Shown here piece after piece: positions 34,633 through 44,070 of a stretch of DNA of 64,000 bases. The DNA is from Candidatus Woesearchaeota archaeon. Its GTDB lineage: Archaea; Nanobdellota; Nanobdellia; SCGC-AAA011-G17; JAGVZF01. The notes under the pieces were generated by a model, which saw nothing but the letters and a program-made list of their open reading frames with translations, was not told where the DNA came from and ran no database searches. The stretch covers positions 10,787 to 74,786 of the forward strand of contig JAGVZF010000013.1 of assembly GCA_018302785.1 (NCBI GenBank), given 5' to 3'. How positions within the stretch are numbered: the first letter of the stretch is position 1; every line of letters starts with the position of its first letter. The translations under genes were made by a program, and so were the position numbers.

Positions 34633-34766
34633 TTTATTTTACCCCCAAATAAAAAAATAACATAGAATTAGCCTACTATTACTATTTAAAAACTTTACTA
34701 ATTATTAAACTTTTACTAAATTATATCAAAAATTATATAAACCATCATCTTCTATAAAATAGTAGC

Positions 34767-37700
34767 TTGAAATCTAAACTTAAAAAGAAGTTGGTATATA
34801 GTAAATTTTTTTATTTATTTTTATTTATTTTTATTTTATTTATCTTAATATTCACAATTAATAAAGTAACAAATTTACCTATTCAAAAATCTCCGTTAAC
34901 TTTGAATCCTCAAGGTACAATTGATACTTCAATAGGAACTCATTTATGGTTAATGGATGATTGTTCTCATAGAGATCCTCAGCGTGGTGCCCCACTTTAT
35001 CTCCCAGCTGATTTCAGTTACGACTTTATAGCTAATAATTTTGATGTTTTTGTGATTGGGGATTGGAGCAATGGTCTTGGTTATAGAGAGCCTATTGTTG
35101 AGGGATATATTAGTCAAATTAAACAAATAAAAAGTGATGCTAAGTTTGTATATTATTCTGATTTCCAGCAGTTTCTTTGGGAAGAAACAACATTAAATGA
35201 GATGGAAGATTCTTTTTTACATAGTACAGATCCAGCAGCCTTGAATCTTATTGCTAATGGAAATAACGTTATTATTGATTGGAATGATGATACAAGAGAA
35301 AAGTATAGGGGAGAAGGTGAACCTATTTTTAGAGTTAGTAGTTACAATATTTATAGAAATAATAATCCCATACCTATACAAAATAGACCATATGGGGCAA
35401 CACAAATTACTGATAATCCAGGAATAGGATTGCATGAATATGAAATAAAAACTAAAAGAGATAGTGGTCAAGAATATAGTTATTCATGGAAAAAATCAGT
35501 AAATGTGGATAATACCATGCCTAGTTTTTATTTAACAGATGGTTATGTTGAAGTAACTGAGAATTCCCCAAATTATAACTTAGTTTTCCATTTAAAGCCA
35601 AATATACCAGATACTTCTGGATTAGATGGTGTTTTGTATATAGATTTAGACCCACAAAACTATGCCTTAGACTTTGGTAATATTCCAAATGAAATTAATC
35701 AGATGACTTGGAATGGGAATGAATATGTATTAACTTTAAATAATATTCCAATGAATCCAAGAAGTCCTGGTAGTTCTGGTAAATTTGGTTATGTTTTCTA
35801 TTTTGAATTAAAGAATAATAATATTGCTGTAGCTAGATTACCTAAAGCAAACAATGAATATTATACAACTAATGTTAATAATAGAATTAAGGCTATAGCA
35901 TATGGTACTTACCAACAGAATATAGCTAGCTTAAGTTGGAGAAACTTTTATGTTCAACATGCCATAGATATTCTAAATAATCTTCAACCTTATTTGGATG
36001 GAGTATATGTAGATGAACCCACTTCAGACCTAAATACAAGAGGAGAAACAATTCCAAAAGACCCAAATGTTAATGTTGCAACTTACAATAGTAATAATAT
36101 TCAGTTTATGCAACAATTAAGAAATACAATTGGTCCTAATAAATTGATTTTTCATAATACTCTAACAGAAGTAAATTTGCAGCCAGATGCAGATGGAGGA
36201 CTTATAGAAGGTTATGTTTATGATACTAATATGCCTGGTGGTTATCTTCTCTTACAAACTTGGATATTCCACATGAACAAAATGTTAGAAGCTGAAAATG
36301 GGGGATTAAGCTTTGCATTACCTGAGGGATTTCAAAATAATTGGCAACTTAGGATGTATATGTTAGCTTCGTATTTACTAACTAAGAAAGATGGAAGTTA
36401 CTTAAATATATATGAATGGGGTTGTCCTAGTCCTTCAACACATATATTCCCAGAGTGGGATAATACTAAAGTTGGTTTAGGGCAAGCTATTGATAATCCA
36501 AATCTAATTTCTGAATTAAATTATGGTAGTACTGACTTATACATTAGAAGATATCAAAATGGATTAGTTGTTGTTAATCCAACAAATTCTACTAAATCCT
36601 TAAATTTAGGGGGTTTGTATAAAGAAGTAGTATTAAATGGTGCTGGAAATGATATTATTTTAGTTGATGTTGCATGGCCTTTAACAATGCAGGGAAATTC
36701 AGGAAAGATTTTAATTGCACAAGTTTGTAGTGATGGAACTCCATATGGTTATTGTAGTGTAAATCAACCATTATTCTGTAACACTAATGGTCAATTAATT
36801 AATAATTGCCAACAATGTAGATGTTCATCTCAACAAAACTGCCAACCTGATGGGAGCTGTCAAGCTATTAATTTACCTCCTACAGCAACTATAACTCAAC
36901 CAACTCAAACAATATTTACTGTAAATACACCAATAAATTATGCAGGAACAGGAACAGATCCTGAAGATGGAAATTTACTAGCTTCTAGTTTATGTTGGAG
37001 TTATGATATTATTGGAGATACACAAGGTTATTTTGATTTAAGTTGTACAAGTAGTGGGACATTTACTCCTTCAATTTTAATAAATAATCAGCCAACAATA
37101 TACACACTTAAGTTAACCGTAATCGACAGTGGACTTCTTACAGATGAAGATACAAAAGATTTAACTATAACTCCATCATGTAGTGATATAGATGGAGATG
37201 GTTATGGAAACCCAGGATCTATACAATGCCCCAATGGATCTCAAATAGATTGTAACGATAATAACATTAATATTAATCCATCAGTAATTGAGAATAATTC
37301 TATAAGATGCTCAGACAATATTGATAATGATTGCGATAATTTGATAGACTTAAATGACCCAGATTGTGTAAATCAATGTATTGATAATGATAGAGATAAT
37401 TATGGAAGTGGACTATTATGTCTTGGACCAGATTGTGATGATAATAATATAAATGTACATAGTAATATAACTTGTAATTACAATGGAAATAGTTGTGGGA
37501 ACTATCAATTATGTTTATTAACCTGTCCTGTCCCTCCAAATGAAATTTGTGGAAATAATATAGATGATAATTGTAATGGTCCAATAGATGAAGGTTGTAC
37601 TCAACAATTGCAATTAAGTTTACAACAAGGCTATAACTTTATTTCTGTTCCATTTGAATTAACTAATAATAATATAAATGATGTATTTGTTGGGATACTT

Positions 37701-38081
37701 AATGATTTAAGTAGAATCTATAGCTTTGATTCCAACTGGTTTGTATATAGAGTTAATCCTAATCCTCCAAGCACTCTAAATTCAGTAGAATCATTAAAGG
37801 GATATATCATAATATTAAATAATCCCACATCTGTAACAATTAGTGGAACTATAGATATAAATAAACAAAGAAACTTAAATCAAGGATGGAACTTAATAAG
37901 TATAAATAGCTTAACTCAGATTCAAATAAATACTGCTTTACAAGGTCTAGATTATACAAGTATATGGAAATTCGATAATAATTTACAAGATTATATACAA
38001 TTAAATCCTTCTATAGATTCATTAGAACCAGGAAAAGCTTACTGGATCTATTTAAATAACCCAGGAATATTTAATCCATAA
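34767..38081 (+). CDS. 1104-aa secreted surface protein: possible TIM-barrel glycosidase-like region, PKD/Ig-like segment, and MopE-type Cys/Asp repeats
   Basis: TTG start, then a TM/signal. YLDGVYVDEPTS (GH114-like, weak). PTATITQPTQ..GTGTDPEDGNL. Repeats CSDIDGDGYGNPG..DCNDNNININP, CSDNIDNDCDNLIDLNDPDC, CIDNDRDNYG..DCDDNNINV, and CGNNIDDNCNGPIDEGC. Confidence 0.5.
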   Translation: MKSKLKKKLVYSKFFYLFLFIFILFILIFTINKVTNLPIQKSPLTLNPQGTIDTSIGTHLWLMDDCSHRDPQRGAPLYLPADFSYDFIANNFDVFVIGDWSNGLGYREPIVEGYISQIKQIKSDAKFVYYSDFQQFLWEETTLNEMEDSFLHSTDPAALNLIANGNNVIIDWNDDTREKYRGEGEPIFRVSSYNIYRNNNPIPIQNRPYGATQITDNPGIGLHEYEIKTKRDSGQEYSYSWKKSVNVDNTMPSFYLTDGYVEVTENSPNYNLVFHLKPNIPDTSGLDGVLYIDLDPQNYALDFGNIPNEINQMTWNGNEYVLTLNNIPMNPRSPGSSGKFGYVFYFELKNNNIAVARLPKANNEYYTTNVNNRIKAIAYGTYQQNIASLSWRNFYVQHAIDILNNLQPYLDGVYVDEPTSDLNTRGETIPKDPNVNVATYNSNNIQFMQQLRNTIGPNKLIFHNTLTEVNLQPDADGGLIEGYVYDTNMPGGYLLLQTWIFHMNKMLEAENGGLSFALPEGFQNNWQLRMYMLASYLLTKKDGSYLNIYEWGCPSPSTHIFPEWDNTKVGLGQAIDNPNLISELNYGSTDLYIRRYQNGLVVVNPTNSTKSLNLGGLYKEVVLNGAGNDIILVDVAWPLTMQGNSGKILIAQVCSDGTPYGYCSVNQPLFCNTNGQLINNCQQCRCSSQQNCQPDGSCQAINLPPTATITQPTQTIFTVNTPINYAGTGTDPEDGNLLASSLCWSYDIIGDTQGYFDLSCTSSGTFTPSILINNQPTIYTLKLTVIDSGLLTDEDTKDLTITPSCSDIDGDGYGNPGSIQCPNGSQIDCNDNNININPSVIENNSIRCSDNIDNDCDNLIDLNDPDCVNQCIDNDRDNYGSGLLCLGPDCDDNNINVHSNITCNYNGNSCGNYQLCLLTCPVPPNEICGNNIDDNCNGPIDEGCTQQLQLSLQQGYNFISVPFELTNNNINDVFVGILNDLSRIYSFDSNWFVYRVNPNPPSTLNSVESLKGYIIILNNPTSVTISGTIDINKQRNLNQGWNLISINSLTQIQINTALQGLDYTSIWKFDNNLQDYIQLNPSIDSLEPGKAYWIYLNNPGIFNP

Positions 38082-38140
38082 TGTTATTATTATTAAGTAA
38101 ACAACAAAGTTTTTAATATAAATTTAAGAATAAAATTTTA

Positions 38141-38614
38141 ATGGTTAGTTCATTAATTGGAATTCATGCAGCTTCCGGAGAAATTGGTAGCATTCTATTT
38201 TTATGGGTTTTTATTGAACTATTAAATTCAAATGAACAAAGAATAAATAGGGCAAAAAAAGTAGCTTTATTCGGCTTTTTATCTTTTATACTTTCTTGGA
38301 TTATTGGAGGCTATTATTATTTAACAACTTATGCTAATATTATAAAACCATTAATTAAAGAAAGCACTAATTCCTATGCCCATTTAATTGTAATGGAAAC
38401 AAAAGAACATGCATTTCTTTTATTGCCTATTTTATCTTGTATAATATTTTGTATTCTTAAAAATGATTCAAAAGAAATTTTAAAAAATAATAAATACAGA
38501 AAATCTCTATTATTCTTATCTTTACTAACTTTCTTAATAGGAATGTCTATGGCATTTATGGGCTACTTAATTTCAGCAGCAGCTAGATTTGCATTAGAGG
38601 TCAAATTATTATGA
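38141..38614 (+). CDS. Membrane protein, unknown function
   Basis: ORF track; 4 TM. Confidence 0.4.
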   Translation: MVSSLIGIHAASGEIGSILFLWVFIELLNSNEQRINRAKKVALFGFLSFILSWIIGGYYYLTTYANIIKPLIKESTNSYAHLIVMETKEHAFLLLPILSCIIFCILKNDSKEILKNNKYRKSLLFLSLLTFLIGMSMAFMGYLISAAARFALEVKLL

Positions 38615-38922
38615 AAATTAATACTTCTTCATTGTCTATCTCAGCTATAATTAGTTTTATTTTTCTAGTATTTACTGTAATTTATTCTGAATTAAATGAA
38701 TCATTTAAGAAAATTCTAACTAATTTAACATCTCATCATTGGATTTCTAAAAGTATCTTAATAATAATTGTTTATCTTATTTCTTATTTTATTACACAAT
38801 TTTTCGTAAAAAATAAAAGTTCATCAAAACATAAACTTATTTATGCATTAATTTTCTTCACAATATTAAGTTATTTAGTTATTTTAGGCTTTTTTATATA
38901 TGAATTTGTAAATAAAACTTAA
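38611..38922 (+). CDS. Membrane protein, unknown function
   Basis: ORF track; 3 TM; overlaps the upstream gene by 4 nt. Confidence 0.4.
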   Translation: MKINTSSLSISAIISFIFLVFTVIYSELNESFKKILTNLTSHHWISKSILIIIVYLISYFITQFFVKNKSSSKHKLIYALIFFTILSYLVILGFFIYEFVNKT

Positions 38923-39028
38923 AAATATTTTATTAAATTTCATCTCTTTAGCACAATAAAATTTATATATAACATACTACTCTAAAACAGACACACATAC
39001 AACCCGTTGGATATTTTGGGCTTGGGGG

Positions 39029-39044
39029 GTACAATATATTGTAC
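39029..39044. promoter_or_regulatory. NrdR-box-like 16-bp palindrome GTACAATATATTGTAC, 10 nt upstream of nrdR
   Basis: The core CAATATATTG matches the published NrdR-box consensus acaCwAtATaTwGtgt. Read directly. Confidence 0.6.
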
Positions 39045-39053
39045 ATTTAAAAT

Positions 39054-39491
39054 ATGCAGTGTTCTTACTGTGATTCATTAGAAAACAAAGTAACCAATAA
39101 AAGAATGTCGCCTCAAGGCATTAGAAGAAGACGAGAGTGCCTTAAATGTAAAAAAAGATTTACAACTTATGAAAAAATTGAGATAAGCTCCCTTTATGTT
39201 ATAAAAAAAGATGGAAGAAGAGAAAAATTTAGTAGAGAAAAACTAGAAATAGGTGTTGAAAAAGCCTTTGAGAAAAGACCTGTTTCAAAAGAAATAATAA
39301 ACAAAATGGTAAATGAAGTTGAAGAATATCTAAGAAAAAGAGGAAAAGAAGTGAAAAGTTCTTTAATTGGACAAGTAGTAATGAAGAAACTAGAAAAAAT
39401 TGATAAGGTAGCTTATGTAAGATTTGCTTCTGTGTATAAACAATTTAAAGACATATCTGATTTTAAAAAAGAGTTTAAGGAGCTAAAATAA
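39054..39491 (+). CDS. nrdR: Transcriptional repressor NrdR (zinc ribbon plus ATP-cone)
   Basis: MQCSYCDSLENKVTNKR...RRRRECLKCKKRFTTYEKIE, then an ATP-cone (VIKKDGRREKFSREKLEIGVEKA...YVRFASVYKQF). Confidence 0.88.
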   Translation: MQCSYCDSLENKVTNKRMSPQGIRRRRECLKCKKRFTTYEKIEISSLYVIKKDGRREKFSREKLEIGVEKAFEKRPVSKEIINKMVNEVEEYLRKRGKEVKSSLIGQVVMKKLEKIDKVAYVRFASVYKQFKDISDFKKEFKELK

Positions 39492-39493
39492 AA

Positions 39494-42400
39494 ATGGTAG
39501 AATATAATCATTTAACTGAAGGTCCAGCATATGTAGAACCAATTAAATCATCAAGAAAAAATGGGTTAGAGCAAAGAATAGAATGGTACAAAGATAGATC
39601 AGAAATAGAAGGTCTTAAAGAAAATCAAATAAAAATAATTAAAAAAATCTATCTCAAAGATGACACAAAATATTCTGCATGGCTTGGCAGAGTTGCAAGA
39701 AACGTAGCATTAGGAGAATTAATTTATGTTCCTGAATTTCATCAAAGAATTTTTGAAGGAGTAGATTATAAAACAGAAACTAAAACAACTGTTGATGGTC
39801 AAACAACTGATGCATATCTTTTACACGATAATAAAGGTGTAGGGCATTCTGCACAAAGAGACCCTAATTTTAATATGTTTAGGGCAAACCTCTATATGCT
39901 TAGACAAGAAAACCAAGAAGCACAGTCACTTGTAGACAAAGTAGAAGAAGAATTTTACAGCATGCTTTCTCAATTCAGGTTTATTCCTAATAGCCCAACA
40001 TTAATGAATGCAGGACGTGATCTCCAACAACTTAGTGCATGCTATGTTTTACCTATAGATGACACTATTGAATCATGGGGATTAACTACACTAAATACAA
40101 TGCTCATTCACAAAAGCGGAGGAGGTACTGGTTTTTCAGGAAATCGTGTAAGACCAAGAGGTGATACTGTTAAGGGATCGTATGGAACAGCATCCGGACC
40201 TATATCAGTTTTCGAAATTATTGATAAAGCAACTCAAGAAGTAAAACAAGGTGGTACAAGAAGAGGTGCAAATATGGGCATACTTCCATATAATCATCCT
40301 GACATAAGAGAATTTATTGAATACAAAAAGAAAAATCCAGGACATTTAGAAAATTTTAATGTCTCTGTAGGAATAACTCAAGAATTTGTAAACGCAGTAG
40401 AAAAGGGAGAAACATATCTTCTAATAAATCCAAGAACAGGAAAAGTTCAAGTAGACCAAAATGGCAATAAAGTATCGGAAAATGCTTCAGAAATTTGGAA
40501 TTTAATCATTCAAAGTGCTTGGGAAACAGGTGATCCAGGATATGTAGTAATAGATAGAATTAACAATTCTACTTCAAATCCAACTCCTGCAATTGGTAAT
40601 ATTGAAGCAACAAATCCTTGTGTGGCTGAAGGCACACTAGTTAACACTCCAAATGGTTTTGTCCCAGTTGAAAATATTAAAGTCGGAGATCTTGTAAGCA
40701 CAGTTTTTGGATATGGACCAGTAAAAACTATAGAAATACATGAAAATACTCCAGTTTTCAAAGTTAAATTTTCAGATGGAGGAGAACAAATAGTTACAGC
40801 AGCACATAGGTATTTTGCAATTAAGAAAGGTAGTCAAAGCAAAAAACTTTCCGATATTAGGTTAGATCAATTACAACCTGGAGATTATGTAAGGGTAAAA
40901 TCAACATTACTGCAAAACTATTCTCCTGAAGATTATTTTAAAGGATTAAAAACTGGAATTCTTCTTGGAGATTGGTGTTATGCAAAAAAAATGCTTTCAA
41001 AAGGCACGGTCAAAATAGCTTCCAATCAAGAGGACATAGAATACAATAAAAACATTAAAATGCTTTTTGGAAATTTATCATTTCAAAAAGATGATACTAG
41101 CTCAATTAGTAAATCAGTTAATATGATTCTTTCTAATGGTCAACAACTTCTGCAAGAAGTTCAGCTTAATAGCGCCTATTCATTTGAGAAAAGTTTTGAC
41201 ATCACTAATATTAGAACTAAAGACATGGTATTAGGAATTTTAGACGGCCTTCTTGCAACAGACGGAGACATTAATTTAAAGTCTAACCATCCTCAAATTA
41301 GATTTGTAACATCTTCTGAAGCTTTAGCACAAAACATTAGAAGACTTCTACTAATGATAGGATGTCATGGTAGAATTTCAAAGAGTTTCTATGATGACGG
41401 AGGCAAGATAAATGGAAGAAAAATAATTAGAAAACATGACAAATTCTCAATTTGCTTATCTGGTGAAAGTGCTAGAACCTTTGCCAAATATTCATTACTG
41501 AAGAACATCAATCCTAAAAAAGGAAATCAATTGCAAAATTTAAGAAAACAATGGATGGCTACAGGAAACACATGGAAAGCAAGAATTATTTCAATTGAAC
41601 CTATGGGAAATGCTAAAGTATTTGATTTATATAATGAAGCTAGTGATACATGGATAACTGATGGATATGTACAACGAGGTTGTGGTGAACAGCCTTTATT
41701 GCCTAATGAACCATGCAATTTAGGAAGTATTAATCTCTTTGCTCATATGAGAAGAGATGATGGAAGAGCACTTCTAGAAATAGGAACTGGGGAAGATATT
41801 ACTGAATTTAATAGAGCTACTGTAAATGGTTCAGCTTACTTAGACATGCAAGCTTTAGAGAGAACAGTCAAATCAGCAGTTAGATTCCTAGATAATGTAA
41901 TTGACGTAAATAATTATCCCTTACCAGAAATAGAAGTAATTGCTAAAAGTAATAGAAGAATAGGTCTTGGTATTATGGGATTAGCTGAAACATTTTCAAT
42001 ACTTGGCATAGCCTATGATTCTGAAGAAGCAGTTGCAAAAACAAGAGGAGTAATGAAATTTATAAATGAAAAAGCTCATGATGAATCCAAAAAACTTGCC
42101 CAAGAAAGAGGTATATTCCCAAACTTTAAGAATAGTATATTTGATGAAAACGGAAGTCATTTTAGACCAAATCAAACTAGTCCAGAATATTATCCAAGGA
42201 ATTGTGCAGTAACCACAATTGCTCCAACAGGAACTATAGCATTAGCAGCAGGATTAGATGGTCAAGGCATTGAACCATTTTTTGCTATTGCCTTAGAAAG
42301 ATACACAGCAGATGGATTGGACGCAAAAAGACATGGAGAACAACCTAAAGACAGAGACATATTAAAGATAATGAATACTTTATTTGAAGAAGTAGCACAG

Positions 42401-43417
42401 GAAAATAATTATTTTGGTTTAACCAGAGATGAATTATGGCAAAGAATAAAGAATAGTAATGGTTCAGTTAGACATCTAGAAGAAATTCCCGAAGAAATTA
42501 GAAGAGCATTTCCATCAGCTCATGACATTGACTTAACATATCATGTTGGACATCAGGCCGCAACTCAAGAACATACTGATAATGCTGTTAGTAAAACAAT
42601 AAATTTCCCAAAACAAGCTACTGTTGAAGATGTAAATGCAGCTTATTGGCTAGCATACAAATCAGGTTGTAAAGGAATTACTATATACAGAGATGGAAGT
42701 AAAAAAGATCAAGTTCTTAACTTAGAAGGAAAACTAGCACAAGAGCCTTCACTAATACAAGTAGAAGTTCAAGATACACATGCAAGACTTGAGGTAAGTG
42801 CCAATGCTGGACATTATCGAATAACAAGGCCAGAAAAAAATAAAGACAAGTTACATGTAATTTTAGCAGACGATCTTTATGTAGATAGTAGTGGAAATGC
42901 TTTCCTTTTACCAAGAAGAGATTTCCAAGTAAGAGCTCCTCCTGGTCAAGAAACATCTGTTGATTTTGGAATGGAAGGACTATTGTTGACAGAAATCCTT
43001 AAAGGAGAAGATCCTAATTATGCAAAAATAGTTACATGGCTAAAGTCACCTCGATCAAATGAAGAAGAGGGAATAGGTCCTACTATACTTTGGACTAAAC
43101 ATCACGCAGTAGGAATTGCTTTGGAATATCATCTTTTAAAGAATGGAATTATAGCATATAATACAGATAATAATACTTTAGAAAATAAAGTAAGAAAAAG
43201 AGATTTAAGAAAAGTAGAAGACGAAGAAGAAAAGAATACAATACTACAAAGATCTAGAAAAACTAATGGATCAATAAATCAAATTACTGCAGGTAATACT
43301 ATAGGTAATAAGCTGTTTGAATGTCAACAATGTGGCTCGAATGAATTTACATACCATGCAGGCTGTCATGATCCTGTATGTGTTCCATGTGGTTGGAGCA
43401 GCGGCTTATGTGGCTAA
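39494..43417 (+). CDS. nrdJ: Ribonucleotide reductase, class II (adenosylcobalamin-type, NrdJ-like) with one intein
   Basis: FIPNSPTLMNAG. Radical-Cys motif ATNP/CGEQPLLPNEPCNLGSINL, split by the intein. TIAPTGT, and a C-terminal Cys-rich tail CQQCGSNEF..CHDPVCVPCGWSSGLCG. The class is assigned from the NPCGEQ motif only. Confidence 0.8.
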   Translation: MVEYNHLTEGPAYVEPIKSSRKNGLEQRIEWYKDRSEIEGLKENQIKIIKKIYLKDDTKYSAWLGRVARNVALGELIYVPEFHQRIFEGVDYKTETKTTVDGQTTDAYLLHDNKGVGHSAQRDPNFNMFRANLYMLRQENQEAQSLVDKVEEEFYSMLSQFRFIPNSPTLMNAGRDLQQLSACYVLPIDDTIESWGLTTLNTMLIHKSGGGTGFSGNRVRPRGDTVKGSYGTASGPISVFEIIDKATQEVKQGGTRRGANMGILPYNHPDIREFIEYKKKNPGHLENFNVSVGITQEFVNAVEKGETYLLINPRTGKVQVDQNGNKVSENASEIWNLIIQSAWETGDPGYVVIDRINNSTSNPTPAIGNIEATNPCVAEGTLVNTPNGFVPVENIKVGDLVSTVFGYGPVKTIEIHENTPVFKVKFSDGGEQIVTAAHRYFAIKKGSQSKKLSDIRLDQLQPGDYVRVKSTLLQNYSPEDYFKGLKTGILLGDWCYAKKMLSKGTVKIASNQEDIEYNKNIKMLFGNLSFQKDDTSSISKSVNMILSNGQQLLQEVQLNSAYSFEKSFDITNIRTKDMVLGILDGLLATDGDINLKSNHPQIRFVTSSEALAQNIRRLLLMIGCHGRISKSFYDDGGKINGRKIIRKHDKFSICLSGESARTFAKYSLLKNINPKKGNQLQNLRKQWMATGNTWKARIISIEPMGNAKVFDLYNEASDTWITDGYVQRGCGEQPLLPNEPCNLGSINLFAHMRRDDGRALLEIGTGEDITEFNRATVNGSAYLDMQALERTVKSAVRFLDNVIDVNNYPLPEIEVIAKSNRRIGLGIMGLAETFSILGIAYDSEEAVAKTRGVMKFINEKAHDESKKLAQERGIFPNFKNSIFDENGSHFRPNQTSPEYYPRNCAVTTIAPTGTIALAAGLDGQGIEPFFAIALERYTADGLDAKRHGEQPKDRDILKIMNTLFEEVAQENNYFGLTRDELWQRIKNSNGSVRHLEEIPEEIRRAFPSAHDIDLTYHVGHQAATQEHTDNAVSKTINFPKQATVEDVNAAYWLAYKSGCKGITIYRDGSKKDQVLNLEGKLAQEPSLIQVEVQDTHARLEVSANAGHYRITRPEKNKDKLHVILADDLYVDSSGNAFLLPRRDFQVRAPPGQETSVDFGMEGLLLTEILKGEDPNYAKIVTWLKSPRSNEEEGIGPTILWTKHHAVGIALEYHLLKNGIIAYNTDNNTLENKVRKRDLRKVEDEEEKNTILQRSRKTNGSINQITAGNTIGNKLFECQQCGSNEFTYHAGCHDPVCVPCGWSSGLCG
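40619..41680 (+). mobile_element. 354-aa intein with a LAGLIDADG homing-endonuclease domain, inserted immediately before the RNR radical Cys
   Basis: Block A CVAEGTLVNTPNGFVPVENI, block B IVTAAHRYF, LAGLIDADG motifs GILLGDWC and ILDGLLATDGD, block F KVFDLYNEASDTWITDG. It ends in VQRG and is followed by CGEQPL. Confidence 0.75.
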
Positions 43418-43464
43418 ATTTATAAATCAAAACATTTTTAAACTATTCATTTTCTCTTTTAACT

Positions 43465-43842
43465 ATGGCAAGATCAGCAGCAAGATCAAAAAGAAAAATA
43501 AGTGGAGGCCTTTACAAAAACTTTAGAAAAAAAAGGCTAACTGATTTAGCTAGAGACTCAACTTTAACAAAAATAGCAAACTTAAAGAGAAAAAAATTAA
43601 GAATGCAAGGTGGTCATGAAAAAACAATGCTTCTTTCATCAAATGAAGCCAATATATATGATCCTAAATCAAAATCTTATAAAAAAGCCAAAATTAAAAT
43701 GGTTGTTGAAAATAAAGCCAATAAAGACTTTGTTAGAATGAATATACTTACAAAAGGAGCTATTATAGAAACAGATCTAGGAAAAGCAAAAATAACAAGT
43801 AGACCAGGCCAATCAGGCTCAATAAATGCAATTCTTATCTAA
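43465..43842 (+). CDS. rps8e: 30S ribosomal protein S8e
   Basis: ARSKRKISGGLYKNFRKKR...VENKANKDFVRMNILTKGAIIETDLGKAKITSRPGQSGSINAIL. Confidence 0.88.
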   Translation: MARSAARSKRKISGGLYKNFRKKRLTDLARDSTLTKIANLKRKKLRMQGGHEKTMLLSSNEANIYDPKSKSYKKAKIKMVVENKANKDFVRMNILTKGAIIETDLGKAKITSRPGQSGSINAILI

Positions 43843-44070
43843 AACACAATAAAAACAAGCAAAATTCTATATATTATCATATTTTCTACCCTTTAGTTAA
43901 TAAATAAAATTTTAATATCTAAAATATTATAAAAAATAAGTCTTAAAACCTTTATAAAACTACTCCTTTTAAATGAAACAAAAGTTTTATATATAAGTAA
44001 CCATACATTAGCTTTATAAAGGTTATCATGACCTTATTATCAAGTAATAAACTCAGGTTCGGGGGTTGCA

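Noticed and set aside
34800-34860. Tandem TTTTATTTATT repeats at the start of the 1104-aa ORF
   Set aside because: They simply encode the Phe/Leu/Ile-rich signal-anchor helix (FFYLFLFIFILFILIF), so this is a coding low-complexity region rather than a regulatory repeat.
38952-38967. Second NrdR box (cacaataaaatttata) upstream of the clear one
   Set aside because: Only one half-site resembles the consensus and the sequence is not palindromic, so it is not reported as a feature.
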